Assembly (NCBI GenBank): GCA_964016885.1
Contig: OZ024745.1
Span: forward strand, 77,810,001-77,874,000
DNA: 64,000 nucleotides
Source: Eledone cirrhosa
Lineage: Eukaryota
Direction: 5' to 3'
The translations under genes and the position numbers were made by a program. Each line of letters starts with the position of its first letter. Position 1 is the stretch's first letter. Positions 37,791 through 51,277 of this stretch are shown in pieces. Below the pieces are notes generated by a model. The model saw only the letters and a list, made by a program, of their open reading frames with translations. It made no database searches and was not told where the DNA came from.

Positions 37791-38386
37791 AGCATCATTT
37801 GTTATCCTCATAAATAAAAACGTTGAGACAACAATTTGTTATTATTTAATAAGATAACAAAAATGTTACTCCTTTAACAAAGAAACTGTACATCACACAC
37901 CGAAGTTTCACGAGTAACTCTCAACTTCAGATATCTTTCTCATAAGCAAATTGGTGCCGCTAAAATAAACTAATTTTAATAAATTCGCACAAAAGTGACA
38001 TCAATTAGATTTTTAAAACATACTAAAATTATGTATATAATCAGGCATTCGCACACCCAGCTTTGTTTGAAGTGGGGGCCGTGCTTGAAGAAGGGGCTCT
38101 AGTTGAAGTGGGAGGCTTGTTTGATGGATGAGGGTCCTGTTTGATGAGGGTGGCGCACGGCAAATGTCCCTCTCCACCCCCGATAAATATGGCAATGTTC
38201 CTGACCGATTTTGGTGGTTTATGAAGGATACACATCTTTTCGAGCATAACGTCGTAAACAATATGCTTGAATGTAGAACATAGCACTGGTTTTGTATATT
38301 TGTCGAAATATATTGCTGTTCTACATCTGTACAAATTATGATAAATATTTCTTTTAAATATAGCATATTAAGCAATATTATTATTT

Positions 38387-38561
38387 TGGCAGTATCGGTA
38401 GAGGGTCGGACATACTTTCCAGCATAGTTACGTCCCTTTATGAGCGGAGTTCAAATCCCTCTAATGTTAACTTTGCCTTTCATCCTTACGGGGTCGATAA
38501 AATAAAGTACCAGTAATGTACTGGGTAATTGCTGGCCTTGTGTCTAAAGTAGAACGAATTA
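38387..38561 (+). mobile_element. Short SINE copy
   Basis: Same family as 7122-7309. Confidence 0.8.
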
Positions 38562-38642
38562 TTATAGTTTTGAAGAACAAATGTGATCAGTGTAGCTTTG
38601 GACCTTGAGCTTTCAATTGATATATATATATATATATACAGA

Positions 38643-38673
<31 letters not shown>

Positions 38674-38781
38674 GGACAGAGAGACAGAGATGTCAACATG
38701 AATGGATCTGTTATTTTTATCTAAAGACATTTTTTAATTCCAACCCACCCGTCCACTCAATCTATCTTATTTCTCATTCTT

Positions 38782-38818
38782 TCTTCTGATGAAGGACTAG
38801 CGGTCCGAAACATTAAGA
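38782..38818 (+). ncRNA. Minimal type-I hammerhead (37 nt)
   Basis: tctt CTGATGA a ggac tagcg gtcc GAAA ca TT aaga. Stem III ACAT may be a CpG-decayed ACGT palindrome. Confidence 0.65.
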
Positions 38819-38927
38819 CCCTCTTTCTGCTATATCAAGCGTTAACCTAATATATCCCTTCCATATACTGTGCCGATTGTGTTGTTCTTTCTGTTTACTT
38901 TTTACATATATATATATATATATATAG

Positions 38928-38989
<62 letters not shown>

Positions 38990-39249
38990 CGTTTAACTGG
39001 ATTACCTAAAACGATAACTTTTATATTAAATCTTTGTTGTTTTTTTTCAATAAAAAAAATCTCATCATTTCTATAGACAGCATATATATGTGAAGGTATG
39101 TATACTTCCTCTGATAATTTGTAATATTTTTACACAGATCTATATGATATACATACCAACACACATATACATCCTAGAAACGATCGTAAAACGATGAATC
39201 TTTTAATATAAGGAACTTTTTCTTTGTTTTCATTTCATTGTTTTTATTA

Positions 39250-39357
<108 letters not shown>

Positions 39358-41319
39358 ATATATATATATATATATATGCACTAAAACAGATGAAATCACA
39401 ACTATTAATCATAAGATGACAACATAGAGGCTATAGGCGGGAAAGCTTTTCTGAATTTTTGAGTTCATGCTTCAGTTTGATATCTTCCTTTACTTCATCT
39501 TTAATCTTTAGCTCCCAATAAAGTTTGTAATATCAGAGAATCTTTTCCGCTATGTTTTATTTATTTAGCTATTTCTAATAAACATTTTTCTAATGTTTCA
39601 TTGAAAATTATCTTTCACGGTTGAACAGCGGTAGCTTACATACAACACTGAATACACTAGCTAACACCTCTATATCTGATGTATTATATTTCCTATTATT
39701 TGGTTATTATCTGGGAGTGTTGGCTTGTATGAATAACAAAACCCTTTCTTTGTTTGTCATAAAAATGTATAACGCACACTTAAACACAGAAAAAAAATAC
39801 ATACACATGTCTGTATATTATATGCAATATAATGCGTGTTTTATGCGTGTCAGTGTGTCTATAATTAGGCTTTTTAGGTTATTTTTTTTAAAATCCCAGA
39901 CCTCATAGGCTTAACGAGTTAGATGGAGCCTATCAAATCGGATCAAGGAAGCAATGTTTCCATTGCTCTTTCCATTTCTGATACTAGCTACCGGTCGCCA
40001 CTCCCGGCAGGAAGAGCTGAGTGAAATAAAGTGTCTTGTTTAATGACACAACGCATCACCCTGTCCGGGATTGAATTCACAACCTCACAATTATGAATCC
40101 AATTCTTTAACCATTAAACCATGCTATTAGATAACGTTGTTTTCAAATTTCATATAGTTTATAATAGCTGAAAGGTATAAAAGAAGGTTTTTCGAGGTGT
40201 ATAGTATTTGTTTCTAAATACTTAAATTCATTTACATATACTATTTGTATTGGAGTATATCAACAAACTAACCAACAGGCTAATGAATAAAAAGAACACG
40301 CATATTGGTTTAGCTATTGCTTGTATACTAAGCACCTGGTAAACCTTTTTGAATTAGATTGGCTTTACTTACTTTTCTAATATATTTGATGATTTTGTTA
40401 TTTTCCTTGAAGCAGTTATTTTAAATATATACGGAACAGAGGTGTATACTGTAAGTTTTCCCCATTTCATGTTGTTTGATACTTCACTGTTGTTTGAAAC
40501 TACTTATTAAAATTGATTTTAATAAAAGTTAAATTGTAGATAGATCACCAGGAAAGTATCCTGGACTTATTATTTACGTCTGTTTTTGTTTCTGAGTTTA
40601 GATCTCATCAGCTTCTACTTCTCAATTCATCCTTCCGAAGTCGATAAAGTTGGTGTCCATGTAATCCATTATGATATTCTCCGAAACCTTTGTCAGTGTG
40701 CATATATAACAAATCACTATAAGAGCTCTTGTATATTAAATGTGCAGATACGAAACCAAACCATTAAGAAAATGAGCATCTCCTTTTTTTTTATTTTAGT
40801 AAAATAGCTTTTTCTGTATTTCTTTCTTATATAGTTACTTTTATTACATTAATCATAGAAATGTGTAAGTGCAATTCAAATACAATGCAATTACTAAGAT
40901 GTCGGTGAAATACAAAGGTATATCACAACTATACAATGGAATCGACAACATTGTTAGTTAAGTAGAGTGTTTAAATGTGAACAATAAGCTCTTTAGTTTT
41001 ACTACAACCTACGGAAGTGAATATATTCACCAGTAAAGGAATATGAATCAGCGTATAATGGACACTTAAAGTAGATTCAGCCCGAATAACTCCTTCGTCA
41101 TTGCAACCGACTAATAATAAGGAAATGAGATTGTTATCAACAGCTATATTGCAACGTGTCATCAGCAATATTCAAAATGTGCAAAACAATAGAACAATAA
41201 TCTGTTAGAATATTAGAATTGTAAGATTGCATTCGCACACCCACTCAGACACACACACACACAACTGCACAGATACACATGCACACACACACACGTATGC
41301 ATGTATGTATGTATGTATG

Positions 41320-42655
41320 TTTGTTTTTAGTCCTGCAGGATGTCCAAAGTCACCCTCCTCACCAAGAAACCTTGGTGGGGTTGCCAGTTTAGTCGCCAAC
41401 GTCCCGACCATGAGACAGGTTTTACTTGGATACATGTTACCAGTAGCACCAACTGGTGACCTGACAAAGGAGCTCTTAAGAGTCAATGGCCATCCAAAAT
41501 CACCGGGAGAGATGACCCCTTAGCCTTTGTCAAGGCAGAATTCTAGGAGAATGAAAACTCTTATATAACACCTGCAACCCTGATGGTATCCAATGATGTT
41601 GACTTCTTTTTGGTAAATATCATCTTGGTTAAGAGAGTGGGACTGGCTTTGTGCAGTGCCTTTGCTCACTATAAAAGCTTCACGGCACAGGCATTGCTTT
41701 ATATCTGGAGATCTCTCTGCACTTGTCCTCACATGGTACCATGGGCCCAGCACTATGTGTCAATAATTGTCACAAGTGTAGTGTTTGTACCAGAGTTTTC
41801 AATACGCTGGCTGGACTAAAAAGTCACACTCGTTCAGCTCATCGGTAGGCGTTCTCCTACATGGATATAAAGTAGTGGCCATACTCGAAAACGAGTTGGC
41901 AGCCACCATGTATGTATGTATGTATGTATGTATGTATGTATGTATGTATGTATGTATGTATGTATGTATGTATGTATGCGAGGGGACATAGAAATAGTCG
42001 GGCTGGACACCTAGCCTTTGTCAGGGCATTCTTCTAGGAGAAGGCAACTCAGGTAACTGGGATAACTCCGATATAAAACCTGCGGTTCAGTAGTTACCGA
42101 TGATGTTGATCTTTTCTTCTTTTCGGGTTATAGCTAGTGTTGCTCAGAGAGTGGGATTGGCTCAGTGCACAGTCCTTCCTCACTTTAAAAAATATCTTCA
42201 CGCACAGGAATTGCACGATAGAATTAATTAATAATTATTAATAATGTTATATTGTGCAATGGCCATACTCGATAACGAGGGGGCAGCCATCATGTATGTA
42301 TGAGAAGATCAAACGGGATGTGCATAAGCAATGCCCTGGTGTATCTCTCGAAACGATCGGTGTCTCCATTGAATTGAAGTGCCCTGAGTGTGGAAAGATT
42401 TGCTTGAGCAAATCTGGTCTCAGGAGCCACAGTCGCAGCCATGGTCAAATAGAACCAGTGAACTATGATCTCCACGGTGTTGTGAGGTTTCACGGGCAAC
42501 CTGATGCAGAACCTCAAGCCAGAGAGATCCATAGTTGTCGTCAATGTGTGAAGGAGTGCAAGTCTCTAGCGGGCTTGAAAAGCCATATCCGAGCGTCACA
42601 CATCTGAATCTGACAAGCGATTTCAATACTCTTGGCAGAGTTTGCAGCCATCATG
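41320..42655 (+). mobile_element. Cluster of three RTE-related elements/fragments separated by (ATGT)n; the last encodes two C2H2-like fingers
   Basis: Shared 3' end ATACTC...GAG...GCAGCCA(C/T)CATGTATGTA at ~41881, ~42266 and ~42627. Shared TAGCCTTTGTCA.GGCA..TTCTAGGAGAA at 41521 and 42013. CPECGKICLSKSGLRSHSRSH and CRQCVKECKSLAGLKSHIRASH. Confidence 0.6.
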
Positions 42656-42681
42656 TATGTATGTATCTATGTATGTATCTA

Positions 42682-43153
42682 TGTATGTATGTATGCATGC
42701 ATGCACGTATGTATGTATTGGCAGAGTCGTTAGGAGATCGGATAGAATGATTTACGCTATTCCTCCCTCTTAATTACGCGCTCTGGGTTCAAATCCCGCT
42801 GGGGTCAACTTTGCCTTTCATCCTTTCGAGGTCGATAAAAAAGTAGTACCAGTCCAGTATGGGCATCGATTCTTCCTCTATAGAAAAACCGTCTGTGTTC
42901 AGATCAGGAGAGGGTTGGGCTTCGCCAAGTTTAAAAATCCCCTAGACACGCCGTTTGACGGTGCCTCCACGACTCCGCAAGGAGTCATAGAATCTTTATC
43001 CTTTATATATATATATATATAAAGGCAAAGTTGACCCCGGCGGGATTTGAACCCAGAGCGCGTAATTAAGAGGGAGGAATAGCGTAAAGCATTCTATCCG
43101 ATGTCTTAACGACTCTGCCAATACATACATACGTGCATGCATGCATACATACA

Positions 43154-43158
<5 letters not shown>
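42682..43158. repeat. Inverted duplication of a SINE 5' half together with its flanking (ATGT)n
   Basis: 42682-42818 vs 43021-43158, including the interruption GCATGCATGCACGT. Confidence 0.85.
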
Positions 43159-43189
<31 letters not shown>

Positions 43190-43395
43190 TATACCGTTGA
43201 GAACAATCCTGTTGCTCTACTTGGCTGCTATTTTTTTAGTAGTAATTGTAGACAGCAAGTCTTTGATTTTCCCGCTTTTACTTCGGTCCAGTTTACATAC
43301 GGGTCAATTTTACGACCTTTCAGACCTTTATTAGCTGGCAGGAGGTTGTATATTTTGTCGTTCCTGGGACGTTTAGCCCTAGGAAGGGAAAATGC

Positions 43396-43474
43396 TTCTC
43401 TGATGAGCTTTGGTTTTCCATCATAAATCCATCGGATTTATGAGGTTTTACAAAGCGAAACTGATCAGTAAGGG
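43396..43474 (+). ncRNA. Type-I hammerhead, canonical core, extended stem II
   Basis: ttct CTGATGA gctttg...tcataaatcc atc ggatttatga...caaagc GAAA ctgatcag TA aggg. Stem III palindrome ACTGATCAGT. Confidence 0.85.
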
Positions 43475-43555
43475 CCACTAGGAGAGGTAAATATTTATAT
43501 TATATTTTTTAATGTATTTTGAAAAATTGATTGAATTTTACTTGTTCTGCTTATC

Positions 43556-43643
<88 letters not shown>

Positions 43644-44195
43644 TTAATAAAACAGATAGACATCATAAAAAGGCAGTTTATTCCAAGTGTTTACAAATGT
43701 TTCTTTAGTAGTTACACAGCCTAGTCATGCTATATGCAAATTAGTAGTTATTAATTTGCAGATACTCAATTTTCAAATTCTGCTCGTACTACCAAATCGC
43801 CAGAACGAATGGTTGAATCATGGATTCTTTATATTTCTTAAAGGGAGATAGAGTAGAAAAGGGAAGATAGAGTAGAAAAGGAAGAGAGAAAGAAAGGGAG
43901 AGGGAGAGATAGATATGTAGGGGTAGGAGAAATGGGAGAGGGGGTTTTGAAGAATACAGATAGCTTAATCTAAATGCTATGACAGGGGTCCAACAAGTGG
44001 TTTTATTATACTGCTTACTCTCAAAGAGACAATTTAGGCATTGTGCTGATAGTATCAAGTTTGGAATTATTTATTGCCACTGAAGGCAGGTTAATAGATG
44101 TGGAGAAGGAGGGAGATAGACAGAGAGCGAGAGAGAGAGAAAGAGAGAGAAAGAAAGAGAAAGAGAGAAAGAGAAATATATATATATATTTATAT

Positions 44196-45206
44196 ACTAG
44201 CAGCAGTACCCAGCGTTGCCTGCGTAGGTAAAATAATATCTGCTTTGATGAAAAGGTGTTGATCTTAGCGACTGCTTCTCGATGACTCATCAATGGCCAC
44301 ACACAGGCTATGCGGGGGAGGGTGGTGATGACCTCTATCACTGAGAAACGCGGGTGACTGACGAAGGGACATGCTGGGGGAGGGAGGTAATGACCTCTAA
44401 CACTAAGCCAAATTTCCCCACGCTACTTGATTGGAAACCGATGAATTCTCAAATACACAACTAAAAGCTCAGACGACGTCAGTGGCCGTCGTTTTGCCTT
44501 TGACCATCTATAAGATGTGCAATGATAGGTTCTATCGTAGTATAACAGTTGAAACAAATAAATTGATTTATGTGTGAGATGGAGCCGAAGTTTCGTATTT
44601 GAACGAAATCGGTTGAAAAATGTGGGAGTGAGAGCCGAAAAGACGGAAATTTGAGCGAAAAGGTGGTATTTTCGAATATTTAAGCGGCTGCCACGCCGTT
44701 CCTGAACAAAAAATCCAAAATGTAAAGCCACTTTAAGACGTGAAATAATCAGATCTAGTGTAAAATTTGAACAAAGTAGGTTGATTAATGTGGGAGCTAG
44801 AGCCGAAAAAGTGGAAATTTGCGTCTAAAAATGCTATTTTTGAATATTTAAGCGGCTACCACGCCGTCCCTGAACAACAAATGCAAAATATAAAGCCATT
44901 ACAGCATGTGCAATGGTAAATTCTAGTTTGCTTTAAAATTTGAACGAAATCCGTGGCAAAATGTTGGAGCTAGAGCCAAAAATCTTATTTTTCGATACCA
45001 AAAAAGAGGTGACCCCCCTATCGATTTTTATCTGCAGAATGACCCCGGAAAAAAACGATACGCTGATATATCGAAAACACACCCCGATGACTAATCTATG
45101 AGCCTGTAAAGTTTCATGAAAATCGGTCGTGAGATGTAGGCCCCTATAGGTAATACACAGACACACAGACACAGACATACACACTTAATTTTATATATAT
45201 ACAGAT
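44196..45206 (+). mobile_element. Non-autonomous Helentron/HINE (Lep1/DINE-1-like) with internal ~180 bp tandem units
   Basis: Starts ACTAG..ACCCAGCGTTGCC and ends AAAGTTTCATGAAAATCGGTC...ACAGAC repeats...TTTTATATATATACAGAT. TTTGAAC.AA..GGAG..AGAGCC occurs three times. Confidence 0.65.
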
Positions 45207-45671
45207 ATATATCATATATATAAAGAATTGGATAAGTGGAGATTTCCACTTAAGACTTCTCTATCAAGATATGGAAATGCTCAATGAATATTAATCATCA
45301 GCAATCATATAAGTCGAAATACATTGTCTCAGCGTATGTTCAACAGGATATAGCCACTCATGGGTCTTCTGTAATGTTTAAATCATATTTCTCATATCCC
45401 TGTTCTGGATAATATGCTGAAATTTTATACATTTTTTTATGTAGGAAAAATGTTGCTATTATACAAAACTAGCTGTGTCACTATTATTTGACATAATAAA
45501 ATGTCCAAAATGGAAGTGTGGAATATAAAGCTTCTAATTACGGATTAATAAACAATTGACTATAGTTAACGTATTGAATATGCTTGGGTTATTTTGAAAT
45601 CGCTAGAATGGCTTTGAATTACATGTATCAAAATCTGCTTTCTTTTTCTTGTTGTAAAGTAGAAAAGCTGA

Positions 45672-45912
45672 CTTCTTCTTCTTCTTCTTCTTCTTCTTCT
45701 GAGGGTCATGGGGGAAAGAACACCGAGGCACGTCTTCCAGCGGGTCCTGTCAGAAGCAACCGTCTCCAATTGATCTGGTTGGATCCCCAAGCAAAACCAT
45801 CCAAACCCATGGATGTTATCCAGTCATCTTGTTACGGGTCTACCCCTGGTCCTCCTGCCGGTTGATTTTGCCCGTAAAATCTGTTGAGCGATTCTTTCCT
45901 GAAACATTCTCT
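45672..45912 (-). mobile_element. RTE-clade LINE 3' end with (GAA)n tail
   Basis: LETVASDRTRWKTCL followed by (GAA)n. Confidence 0.75.
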
Positions 45913-46320
45913 TACTTATGTATTTTAATTTAATCATACTTTTAACTCGTAATTTAACGATGATTGAATTCTATCTACTAATCTAAACTATAATAAAGTA
46001 AGAAGCGCGGGACTGCGTATGGTTTATAATTTGTTATCCCATAAGTAAAATAAGTTGGATTACTTTGAATAAATAATGAATGAATATTACATAATTTATC
46101 TACTAAATTTTGTGGCTGTTCATTAAATATATTTTATTACTTATTTAAAGATTCACTTCTTTAACATTTTCAAATGTCAACACTTCCGGTTAGTGATCGT
46201 TTAAATAAATATTCATATATTTCCGTCACTAATTTTCTTCTAATGCAGTTTATATATAATATCGTCTTTTTTTAATGTATCATGGATTACGTTACCGATT
46301 ACATAAGACAGTGTAACGCA

Positions 46321-46454
46321 GTCTTCGTTCAATTTCTGTGTATATTGTCAATTACGATTTTATTTTATCATATCTACATGCATATAAACTTGCGTATGTA
46401 GATATGATAAAATAAAATCGTAATTGATAATATACACAGAAATTGAACGAAGAC
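46321..46454. repeat. Hairpin/foldback, ~60 bp arms
   Basis: GTCTTCGTTCAATTTCTGTG...CACAGAAATTGAACGAAGAC. Confidence 0.9.
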
Positions 46455-47928
46455 GGGTAAGATGCTGACATCTCAATAAACAGTAAAATCGTGCTGAAAG
46501 ATATAAGTTCAACGTACGGCGTGGGACGTGCGACAGAAACTGAATATTTTATTCCGTATATATAAGTAACATTTTTTCAACTGGAATTTACACAGCTCCT
46601 CCATTATCAAGTTGGTGCTTGGAATATTAATCAAACAGGGTCAGTCAACGTTACGGAAATACATAAGCAGTGATATCCAAACAATATATTTGTTTTTCTT
46701 TTCATTAGTTTAGTTCTATAATTTTCGTTGACTGGTGGTTTTAGTTATGAGAGCGTCTGACATAGTGTAAAGCGGCATTGGGTCATGTTTGGCTTAAATA
46801 AATTGTTGTTATTTTCATAGTTAGTAGTGATGATGACGATGTTGACATAACCTGTTCTTGCATCTTTGTGTGGTGATGATGAGGACTGAGTTAGTGATAG
46901 AGAAGTGATGGCATAGTAGGGTTAGGAGTAGTAGTAGCAGTGATAATAATGACGATAGACGTAGATCTACGCTAGCGGTCGTTTTGTTGGCCTTGCGTTA
47001 AACTGCTATTTTGTTGTTGTAAGGGTAAAAGAAAATATGGTGGTGATGGTGGGCTTTCTAGGCCAGCAGGCAACGTTGAGATTCTTTCGGGTGAATTGTG
47101 TGTAAGAAACTCTACACTTCAATAGCGAAAGACTTCATGAAATCAGGTTAGGAATTGACAATCACACTGTTTTTTTTATATAATTTTTATTGCTTTTATT
47201 TTTCTCTTACTTTTTAGATCTAAATATGTAATTTCTATGAGTGGGTTTTATTTTTTAAATTTAATGTCTGGTTACTACGTTTTAATTTCAAACTTTTTCC
47301 ATAATCTTTTTCTCTTTCTCTCTCTATTTCTTTCTCTCTTTTTCCTCTCTCTATTTCTTCCCCTCTTTCTTCTTTCGCTTTCTCTTTTAAAGACACACAC
47401 ACGCAGACAAATATCCAAAGCTCAAGGTTAAGCTCATGTATAATGGATTATCACCCTTCCATGAAGATTTCTGTCATAAGAGGTGGGAATTTGGTATTAG
47501 TCTTCCCAGACGTAACTGATTGTAGTATCTCTCATTGTGTCTTCCCACCTGGTTAGGACTCCACAAGTAACACCCTCAAAACTTATATAATTATTATAAT
47601 TAGTTTGTGAAAGGGACCGTATCAATGACCTTCGCAAGCCCTATGAGACCAATTAGATACAAGTGGTTAACGTTCCTATTTATCAGTTGCATGTGGTCGG
47701 CTACAGGAAAATAAAAGGAATTCCAGCGGGACGATATTTTGGCAAAGAAGGACTGGACGAAGTTAGGCCTGAGAGTTGGCACAATATGGTTGCTGGAGGA
47801 AAAGTAACAATTAAGACGGGAATATCTGAATAATGGTGGACCGTAAGCAGCAAGCTATGCGAGGCAAGATGACTGCTACAGAGGTAGAACAAGCAGAGAG
47901 AGAGAGAGAGAGAGAGAGGGGGAGAGAG

Positions 47929-47961
<33 letters not shown>

Positions 47962-47988
47962 TGTGTGTGTGTGTGCGTGTGTGCGTGC

Positions 47989-48046
<58 letters not shown>

Positions 48047-48605
48047 AAGAGAAAGAAAGAGAGAGGCTGTGGATGAGATAAGATTGACACAACCTCATTG
48101 GAGGATATTGTCACAACCAAAATTCAGGAAATCAGTGTACATTTGGTTTAAGGTGTCTAAGTTGCATAATAGAATATGCTTAGGAACGTTCCGAAGCAAT
48201 GAAAACGACGTCATATGCGTTGTTTAAGGTGACGGTAAGTTATTAATCTATATTGGAAGTTGTAAGAGTGATCTTTGAATGCAGTGCGTAGCATGGATGG
48301 CAGAGATTGGATAAGTGTTGAGAGATTTGTTCCTCGGAAAGAATTATGATGAATGGTTTGCCGTTTAGCAAGCGGTGATGATTAGGCTCTTAGATTAATA
48401 ATAGTTCATGGTAATGGTGAAGAGGAGGTAACATTTCCGCCAGGATTAGTTTTAGCAGTTGTCTTCTTAAGTGGTGTAGAGATTAGCTACGTATCGTGAC
48501 ATTTCACACAGCCCCTCTTGAGAGGAGCGGAAAAACACCGTTAAAGGCCCTCATAGGATATGATAAGGGTTGGTGTTAAACCGGGTGACCCGATGTGCCT
48601 CCTCT

Positions 48606-49030
48606 TTCTTCTTCTTCTTCTTCTTCTTCTTCTTGAGAAGTTAGTGGGAGCAGAGTTCTCAAGCATTCTTTCCAGTGGGTCCTGTCAGAAGAAACCGTCT
48701 ACAACTGATCCGGCTGAATCCCCAAGCGAAACCAGCCAAACTCGTGGATGTTAAGCCAAGTTGCTCGGGGTTTACTTCTGGGTCTCCTGCCGGTTGGTTT
48801 GTCCGTAAAATCTGTCTAGCGATTCTTTCCTGAGTCATCAACCTACATGCCCATATAATCGGAGCTGTGATCTCTCAATTCGGAGAAGTAACGTCTCTAC
48901 CTGGAGTGATTCTCTGATCTCTGAGCTACGCACTTTATCGAATAACGTTACTCCAAAACCCTTCGGAGGAACCCCATTTCGGCCGCTTGTATTCGTGATC
49001 GTATATTTTCGGTCATTACCCAAAATTTAT
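48606..49030 (-). mobile_element. RTE-clade LINE 3' end with (GAA)n tail
   Basis: GVTLFDKVRSSEIRESLQVETLLLRIERSQLRLYGHV. Confidence 0.8.
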
Positions 49031-49319
49031 GACACTAATATATGGATGAGGATTGTTATTTTTGTTTTAAAGAAAACAGTGTTGTTCATAATGGACATAT
49101 ATTATCACTATTGGAATATGAATATTTATTTTGACATTCAGCAAAAATTATTTCTGCACTGGTGACTTGTTCTACGTGTATAAGCGATCTATAAATATTC
49201 ATTGTGTATATTGGAAGAAAAGAATTATTTGGAGTACAGTAATTGCGTGAAGGGAAACAATAGCATCTGTAGCAGATTTTATGCGTAACTAAATGTGCAT
49301 ACATTTGTATTTTGAATAA

Positions 49320-51277
49320 CACCGTGTAACATATTTTTTTGTTCCCCCGTTCTAAGTGTCTTTTCATGGTTTGTTATATCCCATTATTATTTAAAAAAAA
49401 CTATTATTTAATCAGAAGTTTGGGTTTGTGGTCAGGAGTTTGATATTTCGAAATTTTCATATTTTTCAAGATAAAACACATTTTTTTAAAATTTATCAGT
49501 TCATATAATTAAATCAACAGAGTATATATTTATTTTATTACACAAGCTTATCAAAAGCAAACAACTAAAAACAAATAACACTTATAAAGCAACTTATACA
49601 CGTCAGAAATGACTGGATTTCCTGGATTTGCGGTTGTAGTCCAGGTCGCATTCCCGCACTAGCCCCCAGATATAGTCCCCCATCATTTTTTTCATTGTAG
49701 TGGCCCTGGTACCTCCGCTCTATCTCTTTCACATCTTGGTGGAATCGTTCGCCTTGTTCTTCTAGGCGCCCATATTGTCCTTGAATTTTTCCAGGTGAGC
49801 GTCCAGCATATGGAGTTTAAGCGATATCCTGAATCCTATGGCGCCAAAAGCCTTTATCAGATCCTGCACCAGTTGCTGGTAGTTTTCAGCTCTGTAGTTG
49901 CCCAGGAAGCCCTTAACAGTTGTCTTGAAACAGTTCCATGCTGTTCTCTCAATCCTATTGAGCTTATTGGAGAACTCAGTAGACTCAAACACCTTCTTTA
50001 TCTGAGGTCCAACAAAAATTCCATTTGACTTTGGCCTCAGATAACTTGGGAAGAACTCAAGAAGGTACTTAAAAGCGGCTGATTCTTGGTTAAGAGCCTT
50101 CACAAACTGCTTCATCAACCCCAACTTAATGTACAGAAGCGGCATGAGCACAATCCTGGCTCCCACATGACGTTCCGGGTCCCAACTACAAATTCTGTTC
50201 GCTGCTCCCAGTTCTTTCTTTTGTAGTGGTCAGAGGTGGCTCTGCTGTCCCTAAGGCAGAGGAAGCATTGGAATTTGATAAAGTCTCTTTGGAGTCCAAG
50301 CAGGAAAGCCACCATCTTGAAGTCTCCAATGATTTCCCAATTGTACTGGTTGTATTGCAGAGGTCCAAGAGGACTATCGCACTGTAGCAATCTTCCTTCA
50401 GGCAGACTGAATGAGCTAGGGCAGTGTCGGGAACTTGTTTCCATTGTGGAGGAGGACAGCCTTCAAACTTGTGGTTGAGCTGTCTATAAATAGCCGCCAC
50501 TCCTTGGGCACAAACGGCACCCCAATAACGTCAAACAGTCCAGGCAAGTCATGGCAGAAGCAGAGGCCATCCCTAAGAGTGTAAAAGCCTGAGAAAGGTT
50601 CGTGTCGACTTCTCTGACTTGTCACCTGCACTTCCTTCTTGACCAAGTTCTACTGCTTCACTCTGGAGACGAATAGCTCTGCATTGGACTTGGTCAGACC
50701 CATATCCCTGACCAAGTCATTGACTTCTTTTTGGTTTTGGAAGTGAGGAACTTTTTCTGGTACCTCAAGCAGGTAATCAAAGTCCTCAGCATCCATCTCC
50801 TCCACTCCATCAGAATACTTGTCTTGGAAAATAAATTTGATATGCAATACAAAATAAATATTGGAAAGGGAAATACATACTTAAATAATATAAAAGAACA
50901 CTAATCATACTAATGAAAATTCGTGCTTAAAACACAACTTACTCTTTATTCAGGGTGCTAAAATCCAGTATCAATAAATCTCTTTAATCCACTTTTTAAC
51001 AATTTTATACTTTATTGCACTTTCATAATTTTCTTTAGGTATTACTCTTTATTTTATAATTTTAATTTAACCTGAAACTTATAAAAAAAATCATTTAACA
51101 TAAGCAAATTAAACTTACATACAACGTAAAATCCAGCATACAAATAATTCTAGTGAATAGCTTAGAATTTTTACAAACCCAAACTTTTAACTGTTTAATA
51201 GCACTTTTTTATTTATTTTTTATTTATTTATTATTAAAAAGCCAGGAACAGAGAAAAAAAATTTTTGTTACACGTTG
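49320..51277 (-). mobile_element. Chapaev3-like (CMC superfamily) DNA transposon with both TIRs and TAA TSD; transposase disrupted
   Basis: taa-CACCGTGTAACA...TGTTACACGTTG-taa. Transposase motifs WRLFIDSS..SLKAVLLHNGN, GDFKMV..LLG.Q....CFLCL.DSR, PLLYIKLGLMKQFVKAL, SLKLHML.AHL and GERFHQD. Confidence 0.8.

Noticed and set aside
42254-42607. Host C2H2 zinc-finger gene
   Set aside because: No TGEKP linkers; it begins in a microsatellite and ends in a retroelement tail, so it is better explained as an RTE ORF C-terminus.
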